Counted from the stretch's first letter, positions 29,758 through 40,473 are shown. The stretch: 64,000 nt of DNA from Kofleriaceae bacterium (GCA_046597055.1 JBKJLC010000283.1:1-64000); one strand, 5' to 3'. Translations and numbers: made by a program. The notes: a model not told the origin generated them from the sequence alone.

Positions 29758-30533
29758 TGGCGGTCGGGGCGACCGCCGACGACGGGGGCGCGGGGGGCCT
29801 GGTGCTGGCCGGGGTGTCGGTGCGGCTGGGCCGCCGCCAGGTCCTGGCCGGGGTCGGGTTCACGGTCGCCGCCGGCCGGCTGTGCGCGCTGTGCGGCGGC
29901 AACGGCGCCGGCAAGACCACGCTGTGCCGCATCGTCGCGGGTTACCTCGATGCCGACGCCGGCGCGGTGCGGGTCGGCGGCATCGATCGGGCCGCGGCGC
30001 CGCGGGCGGCCGCCGCCCAGGTCGCCTATCTCCCCGAGCACGCGCCGCTGCCGGCCGAGCTCACGGTCGCCGAGTACCTGACCCACCGGGCCAACCTGCG
30101 CGGGGTCGCCCGCCGCGACCGCGCCGACGCGATCGAGCGCGCGCTGGCCCAGGTCGCGATCACCGATCGCCGCGGCGACGTGATCGCGCGGCTGTCGAAG
30201 GGGCTGCGCCAGCGGGTGGCGCTGGCCGCGGCGGTCCTGGGCGACCCGCCGGTGCTGGTGCTCGACGAGCCGGCCGCCGGCCTCGACGAGCTGCAGCGGG
30301 TCGAGCTGCGCCGGCTGCTGCGCGAGCTGTCCGGTCACCGGACGGTCCTGTGGTCGACCCACGAGCTCGGCGACGTCGACGCCGCCGCCGATCAGGTGGT
30401 GGTGCTGGCCGCCGGTCGGGTGGTCGCCGACGGCGACCTGGCCGCGGTCAAGGCCGCCGCCGGCCTCGACCCGTCGGCGCCGCTGCGCGACGCGGTGGTC
30501 GCGCTCGGGGCCGGGCCCGGGAGCCCGCCATGA
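29757..30533 (+). CDS. ABC transporter ATP-binding protein (GldA-like)
   Basis: Walker A GGNGAGKTT, signature LSKGLRQRV, Walker B LVLDEP and STH. ATG overlaps the kinase stop. Confidence 0.9.
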   Translation: MAVGATADDGGAGGLVLAGVSVRLGRRQVLAGVGFTVAAGRLCALCGGNGAGKTTLCRIVAGYLDADAGAVRVGGIDRAAAPRAAAAQVAYLPEHAPLPAELTVAEYLTHRANLRGVARRDRADAIERALAQVAITDRRGDVIARLSKGLRQRVALAAAVLGDPPVLVLDEPAAGLDELQRVELRRLLRELSGHRTVLWSTHELGDVDAAADQVVVLAAGRVVADGDLAAVKAAAGLDPSAPLRDAVVALGAGPGSPP

Positions 30534-32788
30534 CCGCGCCCGGGTGGCCGCGGGCCGCGGGCGAGGTCGCCCGCAAGGAGCTGACGATCTACCTGCGCTC
30601 GCCGATCGCCCTGGTGGTGGCGGCCGCGTTCCTGGTCCTCGAGGGCGCGTCGTTCACGGCGCTGGTCGCGGTGCTGGCCGACCCGACCCGGCCGGCGCCG
30701 CTCGGCGCGGTGCTCGAGGGCCACTTCGGCGGCACGCTGCTGCACTGGACGCTGCAGCTCACCGTGCTGGCCGCGCTGGCCGCGCGGATCGCCGAGGAGC
30801 GCCGGGCCGGGACCTGGGAGGCGCTGGTGACCGCCCCGGTGCCCGAGGGCGCGGCGATCACCGGCGCGTGGCTGGCCGCGCTGGCGTTCTACGCGCTCTT
30901 GTGGCTGCCGACCCTGGGCTACGTCGCGGTCCTGGTCCACTTCGCGCCGGCCGGGGTCACCCTCGACCCCGGGCCGCTGGCGACCGCGTACGTCGGTGAG
31001 GTCGCGATCGGGGCCGCCGCGCTGGCGCTGGCGCTGGCGGCGGGCGCGTGGTCGGCGCAGCCGCTGGTGGCGACCATCGCCGGCTTCGGCGTGCTGCTGG
31101 CGTGGCTCATCGTCGGCGAGCTGCCGGCGATGTGGCCGGAGCTGGCCCGGTCGTCGCCGACCGTGGCCGCGGTGCTCGACCGCGGCGGGCCGCGCGCGAT
31201 CCTGGCGGCGCTCGCCCGCGGCGAGGTGCGCTGGGAGTCGCTGGCCGCGCTGGCCGCGCTCACCGCCGGTGGCCTGCGGATCGCGACCGCGATGGTGGCG
31301 GTCGGGCGCCGCCGGGCCGGCGTGGTGCCGGCCGGCGCCGCCGAGGGCGTCTTGCTCGCGGTCGCGCTGGGGCTGACCGCGGTGCTGCTCGGACGCGCGT
31401 TCGCGCCGTGGGACGTGACCGCGGCCCGACGCAACTCGCTCGAGGCCGCGACCCTCACGGTGCTGGCGCGGATCGCCGACCCGGTCACCGCGACCGTCAT
31501 CCGGCCCGGCCTCTCCGAGCTCGATCCGGTGTTCGCCGAGGTCAGCCGCGTGCTCGGGCGGATGGCGGTCGCCCAGCCGGCGCTGCGCGTGGTCGGCTGG
31601 GATCCGGCCGCCGATCCCACCGCGGTGCCGGCGGCCGCGGCCAGCGCCGCGATCGACGAGCAGCAGCTGATCCGCGGCGGCGCGGTCATCCTCACGCGCG
31701 GCCCGCGCCGGCGCGCGGTGTCGCTGCTCGATCTGGCCAGCATCGGCACCGACGTCCTCGACGCGCCGGCGGTGCATACCCTGCGGATCGAGGCAGCGCT
31801 GGCCCAGGCGCTGGCCGAGCTGGCGTCCGACGTGCCGGTCCGGGTGTGCGCGACCACCGGCCACGGCGAGCTGCCGGTGAGCGCGCCGCCCGACGAGCGC
31901 GCGGGCGGCGGCGGCTGGGGCAGCTGGGCGCCGGTCGCCGATCGGCTGCGCGCCGACGGCATGACCGTCGACACCGTCGAGCTGACGGGCGGGGTCCCGG
32001 CCGCGTGCCGGGTGGTCGCGGTGATCGGCCCGATCGCGCCGCTGGCGCCGGCCGAGGCGCTGGCGATCGCCGGCTTCCTCGAGCGCGGCGGTGGCCTGCT
32101 GGTCGCGCTGGCCGGGCGCGACGTCGGCGGCGGCGCCGGCGGGGGCGGGGCCCTGGCGCCCACCGGGCTCGAGGCCGTCCTCGCCGACTGGGGCGTGCGG
32201 ACGCCGGCCGCGTGGGTGGTCGATCCATCGCTGGCGGTCACGCTGCCGCTCGCGCTGCGGGTGGTCGAGGGCTACGCCGATCATCCGATCACGGCCGGGT
32301 TCGCCGGCCGGCGCTACACGGTGTGGCAGCGCGCGCGGCCGGTCCTGATCGACGACGGCACCGCGCTGGTGCAGACCACCGCCGCTGGCTGGGCCGAGAC
32401 CGAGCTGTCGTCGGCGCCGAGCCGCGACGCCCGCGATCTGGCCGGGCCGGTGACCCTGGCCGCAGCGGTCGCGCGCGCGGCCGACCCCGCGGCAGGTTCG
32501 GCAGCGGCGCGGGCCGGCGGGCGCCTGGTTGTGCTGGGCAGCGCCGAGGGCCTGGCCGCCATCTACGCCGAGCGCGGCCACGGCGGCGACCTGCTGGCGG
32601 CCCAGGCGATCGGCTGGCTGGCGGGGCGGGTCGCGCCGGTCGCGGTCGCGGCCAAGAACCCCGAGGCGGTCCGGCTCTTGATGTCGACCCGCGAGCGGCG
32701 CGCGGTGGCCGCGGTGGTGATCGCGATCGTGCCGCTGGTCGCGGTCGCGCTCCTGTGGCTGGCCGGGCGCCGGCGGCGGGCGCGATGA
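30530..32788 (+). CDS. ABC-2 permease fused to GldG-like auxiliary domain (GldF-GldG-like)
   Basis: RKELTIYLRSP, IAEERRAGTWEALVTAP and multiple TM helices, then WDVTAARRNSL, TTGHGE, HPITAGF and a C-terminal TM. Confidence 0.82.
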   Translation: MTAPGWPRAAGEVARKELTIYLRSPIALVVAAAFLVLEGASFTALVAVLADPTRPAPLGAVLEGHFGGTLLHWTLQLTVLAALAARIAEERRAGTWEALVTAPVPEGAAITGAWLAALAFYALLWLPTLGYVAVLVHFAPAGVTLDPGPLATAYVGEVAIGAAALALALAAGAWSAQPLVATIAGFGVLLAWLIVGELPAMWPELARSSPTVAAVLDRGGPRAILAALARGEVRWESLAALAALTAGGLRIATAMVAVGRRRAGVVPAGAAEGVLLAVALGLTAVLLGRAFAPWDVTAARRNSLEAATLTVLARIADPVTATVIRPGLSELDPVFAEVSRVLGRMAVAQPALRVVGWDPAADPTAVPAAAASAAIDEQQLIRGGAVILTRGPRRRAVSLLDLASIGTDVLDAPAVHTLRIEAALAQALAELASDVPVRVCATTGHGELPVSAPPDERAGGGGWGSWAPVADRLRADGMTVDTVELTGGVPAACRVVAVIGPIAPLAPAEALAIAGFLERGGGLLVALAGRDVGGGAGGGGALAPTGLEAVLADWGVRTPAAWVVDPSLAVTLPLALRVVEGYADHPITAGFAGRRYTVWQRARPVLIDDGTALVQTTAAGWAETELSSAPSRDARDLAGPVTLAAAVARAADPAAGSAAARAGGRLVVLGSAEGLAAIYAERGHGGDLLAAQAIGWLAGRVAPVAVAAKNPEAVRLLMSTRERRAVAAVVIAIVPLVAVALLWLAGRRRRAR

Positions 32789-34452
32789 CGGCGCGGCTGC
32801 TCGGGCTGACCGCCCTGTGCCTCCTGCTCGCGGCCGCGGTGGCGATCACCGGCGAGCGCCGCGGCGTGATCGGCCGCCCGCTGGTCGTGCCGGGGCTGGC
32901 GCTGGCGCAGGTGACCCGGCTCGAGCTGGCGCGCGCCGACGCCGCGCCGATCGTCGTCGACCTCGGCGCGCACGGGGCCCAGGTGACCGCGCCGGTGCCG
33001 GGGCCGGCCGACGAGGCGGTGGTGCGCGACCTGGTGTCGGCGCTGGCCGCGGCCCGCGCCGATCGGGTCACCCGCGACCGCGGTGCGTGGCAGCGGGCGG
33101 GGCTCGACACGCCACGCCTGATCGTGCGGCTGACGCGCGGGCCGGGTGCGCTCGAGGTCCGGCTCGGCGCGGCGCAGCCGGCGAGCTCGCAGGTGTGGCT
33201 CGGCGTCGACGGGACCGCGCTGCTGGTGCCGGCCTGGGTCGCCGACGCGCTCGATCGCGAGCTGCCAGCGCTGCGCCGCCGCCGACCGTTCGCGGTGACG
33301 CGGGTGACCGGCCTCGAGCTGCACGGCACCGAGCCCCCGATCGATCTCGTCCTCGCCGGCGATCCGCTGATCCGCCGCGACGACGGCGCCGGCGCCCGGG
33401 TCGCCGCGCGGCCGCGCGACCGACTGCTGGCCGCGCTGGCCGGGCTCGAGCTCGAGGTCCTGGTCGATGGCCCCCGCGATCGCCCGGTGCTCACCGTGCG
33501 CGTGCTCGGCGGCGCGAGCCCGGCCGAGCTGGCGGTCCACGGACCGTGCCCGGGACATGCCGACCACGTGCTGGTCGAGGGCGCGGCCGGGATCGGCTGC
33601 GTGCCGGCCGCCGGGGTGGCGGCCGTGCGCGCCGCGGCCGCCGAGGTCGCCGGTCCCGAGGGCATCGCGCGCGCGCCGCTCGATGGCGCCGCGCCGACCG
33701 CGATCACGCTCGGCCCCGCCGGCGGCGGCGAGCCGCTGATGCTATCCCGCACCGGTGCCGCCTGGCAGCTCGCCCGCGGCGGCGCGCGCTGGTCGGCCGA
33801 CGACGACGCGGTGCGAGCGCTGCTCGAGGCGCTGGCGCGACCGGCGACCCTGGCCCCGGTCCCGCCGGGCCCGGTGGCCGCGCGGTGGACCGTCGACCTG
33901 CCGGGTGGTGCGGTCGAGGGGTGGGAGCTGCGGCCGGTCGGTGATGCCATGACCGTGCGCCGGGCCGGTGAGCCGCGCGCGCTGGTGCTCGACGCCAGCG
34001 CCAGCCGCACGATGGCCGCGCTGGTCGGGACCGCGGGCGGCCTGGCCCTGCGGGGCCGCACCGTGCTCGTCATCGAACCGACCGCGCTGGCGCGGGTGGT
34101 CGCCACCGGCGCCGCTCCCGCCGAGCTCGAGCGCGGCGCGACCCTCGATGCCTGGCAGGTCATCGCGCCGGGCGGATCGGTCGCGACCCCGGGTGTCGAA
34201 GCGCTCGTCGATGCGCTCGCGACCCTGCGCGCCACCGCGTGGCTGGGCGCCAGCGAGCTCGGTCGGGTTCGCCGCACGCTGGCCATCACCGTCGATCCCG
34301 AGCCCTCGCCGGGCGCGCAGCCGACTCGACACACGATCGAGATCGGCGCGGCCCGCTCCCGCGGTCGCTGTGCCGCGCGGGTCGATGCCGGCGATCCGGT
34401 CGAGCTGGCCGCCGCCGACTGTGCGCTCATGCTCGGTGTGCTCGCCCGCTGA
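32785..34452 (+). CDS. DUF4340-like domain protein
   Basis: N-terminal anchor; VTAPVPGPADEAVVRDLVSAL...AGLDTP repeated module. Usual position after GldG-like genes; ATGA overlap. Confidence 0.7.
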   Translation: MTARLLGLTALCLLLAAAVAITGERRGVIGRPLVVPGLALAQVTRLELARADAAPIVVDLGAHGAQVTAPVPGPADEAVVRDLVSALAAARADRVTRDRGAWQRAGLDTPRLIVRLTRGPGALEVRLGAAQPASSQVWLGVDGTALLVPAWVADALDRELPALRRRRPFAVTRVTGLELHGTEPPIDLVLAGDPLIRRDDGAGARVAARPRDRLLAALAGLELEVLVDGPRDRPVLTVRVLGGASPAELAVHGPCPGHADHVLVEGAAGIGCVPAAGVAAVRAAAAEVAGPEGIARAPLDGAAPTAITLGPAGGGEPLMLSRTGAAWQLARGGARWSADDDAVRALLEALARPATLAPVPPGPVAARWTVDLPGGAVEGWELRPVGDAMTVRRAGEPRALVLDASASRTMAALVGTAGGLALRGRTVLVIEPTALARVVATGAAPAELERGATLDAWQVIAPGGSVATPGVEALVDALATLRATAWLGASELGRVRRTLAITVDPEPSPGAQPTRHTIEIGAARSRGRCAARVDAGDPVELAAADCALMLGVLAR

Positions 34453-34502
34453 TGGTCGATTGACACGATCGCTCATTTGCGCTTCGAGCGACCAGCGCTC
34501 TA

Positions 34503-35450
34503 ATGCGGCTCATGAAGATGCTTAGATTGTCCACTGTGCTGCTGAGCGCGGCGCTCGTGCTGGGATGCAAGGCCAAGGAGAAGGAGCCGGCCCCGGTCCC
34601 GACCGCGACCACCTACGATGCCGCGACGGGTGCGATGACGCCCGTCGCTGACGCCGCCGCCGCCGGTGACCCGGCGACCGCCGGCGACCCGTCGTTCCCG
34701 CTCTCGCCCGGCGAGACCTACTTTGGTGGCAAGGTCGTCGCGACCAACCTGCTCGAGTGGAAGGTCTCCGACGGTACGGTCATCAAGCTGGGCATCGTCA
34801 CCACCGGCAAGGGCGACCAGGAAGGCCACGAGAAGGGCGTCCTGCGCGCGTACTACGACGGCAAGGGCCACGATCTCCAGACCTACTCGATCCACACGAC
34901 GGCCGAGCACTGGGCCGATCTGAAGACGCTGCCCAACGACCGCGCGCTGTTCCGGTATGGCCAGCAGGGCGACGGGCACCGCAACCGCAACGCGGTGGTG
35001 CTGCGCTGGGATCCCGGCACCAAGCAGGTGGTGGTCGCCAAGCGTTGGGCCGGCCCCGGCAAGGCCGAGGAGCCGGCCTGGCTCGCGACCGGCGAGTACA
35101 AGGCGCCGACCGAATCCCAGGATCTCTGCGCGAAGATCGTCGCGCGCATGGTCAGCTGCGAGAAGGATCCCAAGTTCCGCGAGGCGCTGTTCCGGAACCT
35201 CGACGCCGCCAACCGTCCCGGCGTGGAGAAGGACTTCGAGGGCAACATCGCGCGCTGGAAGAAGCCGGCCGAGGCCAAGGCCCAGTGCCAGAAGTGGGCG
35301 AGCGACGAGTACGTCGAGACCCACTTCTCCGAGGTCGCCGCGCTCCAGGTGATGGCCGACGAGACCAAGCTCGACTGCGAGTTCTTTGGCCGCGAGATCG
35401 ACGACGGCGGCGGTCTCCCGCGGCCGATCGCCGCCGCGCCGACCAAGTGA
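34503..35450 (+). CDS. hypothetical lipoprotein
   Basis: ALVLGC lipobox; strong GC3 bias; Cys-containing helical C-terminus. Start may be at a downstream ATG. Confidence 0.78.
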   Translation: MRLMKMLRLSTVLLSAALVLGCKAKEKEPAPVPTATTYDAATGAMTPVADAAAAGDPATAGDPSFPLSPGETYFGGKVVATNLLEWKVSDGTVIKLGIVTTGKGDQEGHEKGVLRAYYDGKGHDLQTYSIHTTAEHWADLKTLPNDRALFRYGQQGDGHRNRNAVVLRWDPGTKQVVVAKRWAGPGKAEEPAWLATGEYKAPTESQDLCAKIVARMVSCEKDPKFREALFRNLDAANRPGVEKDFEGNIARWKKPAEAKAQCQKWASDEYVETHFSEVAALQVMADETKLDCEFFGREIDDGGGLPRPIAAAPTK

Positions 35451-35570
35451 ACCGGGCCGGCCCGGCCGGCACCGCCGCGCGCCACTGATGGACGACCGGG
35501 ACGAAGGCCGCGCCGGCCCTCGTCCCGGGCCCGCGCGTGACCGCGGGTTCCGATCGCGGGACGGGCAGGG

Positions 35571-36254
35571 TCAGTGCGCGGGCGCGCGGATCACCGGGGC
35601 GGCGACCTCGACCGGCGCCGGGCTCTCCCACGCCTGCGTCACGTTCTTCATCTGCGTGTAGACGAGCAGGCCGTCGGTGTTGCTCTCGCCGTGCGGCGAC
35701 GAGTTCTGCCACTGGCCCTTCACAAGGACCTCGTCGCCGACCTTGTACGGCGGCACCGCCGGCCACGCCTCGATCTCCTCCTTCGGGAGGCGCTCCTTCT
35801 CGATCTTGGTGTACGGCCGCGGGACCTCGACCACCCAGGCCGCGCGCTCGACCGGGGTGTCGGGCGCGTCGCCGATGTAGAACGCCGGGCGCCGGCACAG
35901 GGTCGGGTTCTCCTCGATCCGCTTCTTCACCGCGTCGTCGGCCTCGTCGGGCTGGCGGATCGCGGTGACGCAGTCATAGGCCCAGACCACGTAGCCCTTG
36001 AGCGCGACGTCCTTCTTGAGGTACCGGTGGCCCTGGACCCGCATCTCCTTCACGGAGTGCGAGTCGTCGGCGTTGGGCTTGGGCACATCGAACGACGGCA
36101 CCGAGGGCATCGTCACCTTGATCGTGTGCGGCTTGACCTCGGCCTGGGCACCCTTGAGCTGGTCGCCCTTGCAGGCTCCCAGCACCGCTGGCAGGATGAC
36201 GAGCCCGCCGAGGAGCGCGGAGCCAATCGAGTCGACCGAGCGCGGCTTTCGCAT
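35571..36254 (-). CDS. hypothetical lipoprotein (possible OB-fold)
   Basis: VLGAC lipobox; KDVALKGYVVW...YKVGDEVLVKGQW. Confidence 0.78.
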   Translation of the reverse strand: MRKPRSVDSIGSALLGGLVILPAVLGACKGDQLKGAQAEVKPHTIKVTMPSVPSFDVPKPNADDSHSVKEMRVQGHRYLKKDVALKGYVVWAYDCVTAIRQPDEADDAVKKRIEENPTLCRRPAFYIGDAPDTPVERAAWVVEVPRPYTKIEKERLPKEEIEAWPAVPPYKVGDEVLVKGQWQNSSPHGESNTDGLLVYTQMKNVTQAWESPAPVEVAAPVIRAPAH

Positions 36255-36268
36255 GGCGCGGTCATAAC

Positions 36269-37963
36269 ATGAGCAATCTGGCCTCTCAAGCGACCGCGCT
36301 CGCCGCTCTCTCCGTGCTGGCGATCATGGCGGCTGCGTGTGACGGCACGCCGCCGCGCGTCAAACCGTGGCGGCACGCGCCCGACCCCAAGGCGGTCGCG
36401 GCCGGCGCACCCCGATCGACCGCGCTGGTGGAGCAGGAGGACGACCTCGCCGTCCGCGCGCGCCGCGGCCACACGCTGCGCGTCCACCTCGACACCGAGC
36501 CACGCGGCCTGCACCCGCTGCTGTCGCCGTCGCGCTGGAGCCGTCGCATCATGCTCGGCACCGTGTTCGAGCCGCTGGTGCACTACGCGCCGCCCGAGGG
36601 CGGCGCCGGCGCCGGCCTGGGCGGGTATCAACCGGGGCTGGCGCGGTCCTGGCGCATCCAGCTCCAGGGCCACGAGATCATCATCGAGCTGGATCCCCAG
36701 GCCCGGTTCTCCGACGGACGCGCGGTCACCTCGGTCGACGTCCAGTTCACGCTCGACAGCTGCCGGCGGCTCGAGCGGCTGCGCGGGACGCTCGCCAGCA
36801 TCGAGGCGGTCGAGCTGGTCACCGCGCGCACCCTGCGCATCCGCCTGCGCCAGCCCGACGGCTGGATCCTGCGCGCGCTCGCCGAGATCCCGATCCTGCC
36901 CTACGCGGTCTACGGCGAGGCCCTCGACGGCAACGGCAAGCTGATCGGCTCGGGGCCGTACCGGCTGGCCGGTCGCGACGACGGCGTGGTGCACCTGACC
37001 CGCCGCGACGACTATCCGGGGACCCAGCCCGCGATCGCGGATCTCGAGTTCGTCTACCAGCCCGACGCGGCGCTGGCGCTCATGGCAGCCAAGCGCGGCG
37101 AGATCGACGTGGTGCCAGCGCTGATCGCCGAGCACTGGCCCGAGCAGGCGTCCGCGCCGGGGCTGGCCTCATCGTTCGTCGCGATCGAGCTGCGGCCCCC
37201 GAGCTTCCGCTACATGCTGTTCGCGGCGACCACGCCGCCGACCGACGACGTGCGGGTCCGCAAGGCGCTGTCGCTCCTGATCGATCGCAAGCGGCTGGCC
37301 CAGGAGGTCGGCGATGGCTTGACCCGTCCGGTGGTCGGCCCGATCTGGCCGGGTGGGCCCGGCGACGGCCCGGCCCCGGCCCCGCCCGATCTCGATCCGG
37401 GCGCGGCCGGTCGCATGTTCGACGAGGCCGGCTGGGTCGACGCCGACGGCGACGGCGTGCGCGAAAAAGCCGGCGCCAAGCTGCGGCTCGAGGTGCTGGT
37501 CGTCGAGCGCGAGGATGGCAAGCCGCACCCCGAGCAGCAGCGCATCCTCGACTCGCTGCGCCGGGCCGGGATCGGCCTCGACGTGCGCGCCGGCACCGAG
37601 GCCGTGCTGCGCCTGCGCCTGCGCGATCGCGAGTTCAACCTGGCCTTCCTCGAGTGGTCGGGCGCCGTCGACAGCAACCTCGAGCCGCTGGTCGGGACCG
37701 GCGGCGAGGACAACCTCGGCGGGTTCTCGTCGCGTCGGGTCGATCGCGCGCTGGCGGCGCTGCGCACCGTGTGGGAGCCGGCGTCGCGCGGGCCGCTGAT
37801 GGGCGAGCTCGCGGCCGCGCTGGCCGACGAGCTGCCGCTGACCGGCATCGTCGCGCTGGCACCGCAGGGCCTGATCCACCGCCGGGTCGCCGGCGCGGTG
37901 CCGTGGGACGGCTGGCTCGACCTGCGCACGCTGGCGCTGCGGCCCGACGCGGTTGCACCATAG
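36269..37963 (+). CDS. peptide/nickel ABC transporter substrate-binding protein (family 5)
   Basis: Lipobox AAAC; PGLARSW, FSDGRAVTSVDVQFT, IGSGPYRL, DVRVRKALSLLIDR and GWVDADGDGVREKAG. Confidence 0.88.
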   Translation: MSNLASQATALAALSVLAIMAAACDGTPPRVKPWRHAPDPKAVAAGAPRSTALVEQEDDLAVRARRGHTLRVHLDTEPRGLHPLLSPSRWSRRIMLGTVFEPLVHYAPPEGGAGAGLGGYQPGLARSWRIQLQGHEIIIELDPQARFSDGRAVTSVDVQFTLDSCRRLERLRGTLASIEAVELVTARTLRIRLRQPDGWILRALAEIPILPYAVYGEALDGNGKLIGSGPYRLAGRDDGVVHLTRRDDYPGTQPAIADLEFVYQPDAALALMAAKRGEIDVVPALIAEHWPEQASAPGLASSFVAIELRPPSFRYMLFAATTPPTDDVRVRKALSLLIDRKRLAQEVGDGLTRPVVGPIWPGGPGDGPAPAPPDLDPGAAGRMFDEAGWVDADGDGVREKAGAKLRLEVLVVEREDGKPHPEQQRILDSLRRAGIGLDVRAGTEAVLRLRLRDREFNLAFLEWSGAVDSNLEPLVGTGGEDNLGGFSSRRVDRALAALRTVWEPASRGPLMGELAAALADELPLTGIVALAPQGLIHRRVAGAVPWDGWLDLRTLALRPDAVAP

Positions 37964-37978
37964 ATGTAAGCTGGCCCG

Positions 37979-39553
37979 GTGAGGCCGCGCGTCGCCGTGC
38001 TCGCGCTCGTCGCGCTCGCCGCCTGCTTCGAGCGGGGCGGCAAGCGCCCGGCCGGGCGTGACGCCGACGTCGCGGCGGTCGCCGCCGGCGCCGGCGGTGA
38101 TCCGGGCTGGCTCGTGCAAGCGCCCGCGGGCCCGGCCGATCCGGCCGCGACCATCACCATCGCGCTCGAGGCCGAGCCGGTGTCGCTCGATCCGTTCACC
38201 GCCGGCGACGCGATCGCGACCCGGGTCCTCGCCGACGTGTACGAGGGGCTGCTGTGTCCGGACGCCGGCGGGGCCCCGGCGCCGTGCCTGGCCGCGCGCC
38301 ACGAGGTGTCCGCCGACCGGACGGTGTGGCGGTTCTGGCTACGGGCGGGCGTGCGCTTCCACGACGGGCGCGAGGTCACGGTCGCCGACGTGATCGCCAG
38401 CGTGCGGGCGCCCGGGCAGGGCGCCGCCGCGCGTGGGCCGCTGGCCGCGGTCCTCGACGAGCTGGTCGCGATCGACAGCCCGGCCCCCGGCGAGCTGGTG
38501 CTGCGGTTCGCCCGGGCCCGGGTCGGCCGCGACCGCGACCTCATGCTGGTGCCGGTCGCGCCGGCCGCGCGGCTCGCCGCCGGCGATCTGGCGCGGGCGC
38601 CGGTCGGCACCGGTCCCCTGCGCGTGGTCGGGTGGCAGCCCGGGGTCGCGATCGAGCTAACCCGCTGGGACGGCTACCGGGGCCCGCCGGCGGCGGCGGC
38701 GCGGGTGCGCTACCGCCCCACCGCCGACCGCGCCGAGGCGTTGCGGCTGATCGCAGCCGGCGAGGTCGACGTCGCGGTCCAGATCCCGATCGCGGAGGCG
38801 ACCGCGTTCACCAGCGCGCATCGCGGGGTGGTCCGCTTCCGTTACGAGCTGCCCGCGTTCCTGGCCGCGGTGTACCAGACCCGGCGACCGGCGCTGGCGT
38901 CGCCGGCGGTGCGGCGCGGGCTGACCGCGCTGCTCGATCGGCCCGGCCTGGCCACCGCGATCCTGGGCGGGGCCCGCTTGACCAGCGGGCCGTGGCCGCC
39001 CGGCGATCCGTTCGCCGATCCGGGGGTGGCGCCGATCGCCTTCGATCGCGGGCTGGCGGCGGGCCTGCTCGGCGCGGCCCGGCCGGCGGCCGAGCTGCTG
39101 GTGCCGCAGGGCTCGACCACGACCGCGCGGATCGCCGACGTGTGGGCGGCCGACGCCCGCGGCCTGGCCACCCTGACCGTGCGCGCGGTGCCGTACCCCG
39201 ACTTCCTGGCCCGCCTGCAGGCGCGCGACTTCGACATCGCGCTGACCTCGATGTCCGGTGGACCGGACGTCGACCTGTGGTCGCGGCTGGCGTCCGACGC
39301 GCCGGCGGCCGAGGCCTGGCCCGGGCTCGCCGACCCGGCGCTCGATCACGCGCTGTCCGAGTTCCGGACCGAGGGCGATCCGGCCGGGCGCCGCGCGCTG
39401 GCCCGCGCGATCCACCGCCGGCTCGACCAGCTGCAGCCGTTCGCGTTCATCGCGGTCGACACCCGGGCCGGGGTCGCGCGCGCCGGGATCGGCGGCCTGC
39501 GCGGCGATGGCCTGGCCCCGCCGCGCGCGCGCGGGATCTGGAAGGCGCGGTGA
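37979..39553 (+). CDS. second family-5 ABC substrate-binding protein
   Basis: LAAC lipobox; EPVSLDP, VYEGLL, LRAGVRFHDGREVTVADVIAS and PVGTGP. Confidence 0.88.
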   Translation: MRPRVAVLALVALAACFERGGKRPAGRDADVAAVAAGAGGDPGWLVQAPAGPADPAATITIALEAEPVSLDPFTAGDAIATRVLADVYEGLLCPDAGGAPAPCLAARHEVSADRTVWRFWLRAGVRFHDGREVTVADVIASVRAPGQGAAARGPLAAVLDELVAIDSPAPGELVLRFARARVGRDRDLMLVPVAPAARLAAGDLARAPVGTGPLRVVGWQPGVAIELTRWDGYRGPPAAAARVRYRPTADRAEALRLIAAGEVDVAVQIPIAEATAFTSAHRGVVRFRYELPAFLAAVYQTRRPALASPAVRRGLTALLDRPGLATAILGGARLTSGPWPPGDPFADPGVAPIAFDRGLAAGLLGAARPAAELLVPQGSTTTARIADVWAADARGLATLTVRAVPYPDFLARLQARDFDIALTSMSGGPDVDLWSRLASDAPAAEAWPGLADPALDHALSEFRTEGDPAGRRALARAIHRRLDQLQPFAFIAVDTRAGVARAGIGGLRGDGLAPPRARGIWKAR

Positions 39554-40473
39554 TCGGCCTGGCCCGGCTGGTCGCCCGGGTCGCGCTGGCCTGGGTGCTC
39601 ACCTACCTGCTGGCGTCGGCGCTGGCCGAGCTCGGGCGCGCGCCGCCGGCCGAGCGCGCGGCGCGGGCCGGGGCCCGGCTGCCGCCTGACGACGCCCGCG
39701 ATCCAGCGGTGCGACGCGCGATGATCGAGGCGGCCGCGCGCGAGCACGAGCTGGGTGGCGGGCCGGTCGACCGCCTGGTCACCTCCGCCCGGCGCGCGGT
39801 CACCCTCGAGCTCGGCCACGCGTGGCGTGACCGCCGGCCGGTCGCCACCGTGATCGGGCCCGGCCTCGTCGCCACCGCGGCCCGGGGCGCGCTGGCGCTG
39901 GTGCTCGCGCTCGGGCTCGGCGCGGCCGCCGGCCTGGCCGCGGTGGCCCGACCCGGGGTGGTCGGGGCCGGGCTGGGGGCGCTCACCGCGGTCGCGCTGG
40001 CGACCCCGACCTTGTGGCTGTGTCAGCTCGCGCTGGCCGGCCTGGCGCCGGGGCCGAGCGGCGCCCGCGCGCTCGCGGTGCTGATCCTCGCCGCGGCCCC
40101 GGCCGCCGTGATCGCGGCCCACGTGCGCGCGGCCGCCGGCGAGGTGCTGGCCTCGCCGCTGGCCGCCGCGATCACCGCGCGGGGCGCCGGACCTGGCCGC
40201 CTGGTGTGGATCCACGGCGCCCGGCTGACCCTGCCGAGGCTGGCGCCGCTGGTGGCGTCGACGATCGGCTTCATCCTCGGCGCGTCGGCGGTGGTCGAGC
40301 GCGCGCTGGCGCTGCCCGGCGCCGGTCGCCTGCTCACCGAAGCCGCCGCCGCCGGCGACGTGCCGGTGGTCGCCGCGCTGGCGGCGCTGACCGCGGCCAC
40401 CGTCGCGGCCGGGGCCGGGCTCGCGGCCGTGGCGGCGCGGCGCGCCGATCCGCGCCTGCGCGAGGTCGGGTGA
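39550..40473 (+). CDS. peptide ABC transporter permease (DppB/OppB-like)
   Basis: GTGA overlap; multiple TM helices; ARGAGPGRLVWIHG and VVERALALPGAGRLL. Confidence 0.8.
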   Translation: MIGLARLVARVALAWVLTYLLASALAELGRAPPAERAARAGARLPPDDARDPAVRRAMIEAAAREHELGGGPVDRLVTSARRAVTLELGHAWRDRRPVATVIGPGLVATAARGALALVLALGLGAAAGLAAVARPGVVGAGLGALTAVALATPTLWLCQLALAGLAPGPSGARALAVLILAAAPAAVIAAHVRAAAGEVLASPLAAAITARGAGPGRLVWIHGARLTLPRLAPLVASTIGFILGASAVVERALALPGAGRLLTEAAAAGDVPVVAALAALTAATVAAGAGLAAVAARRADPRLREVG

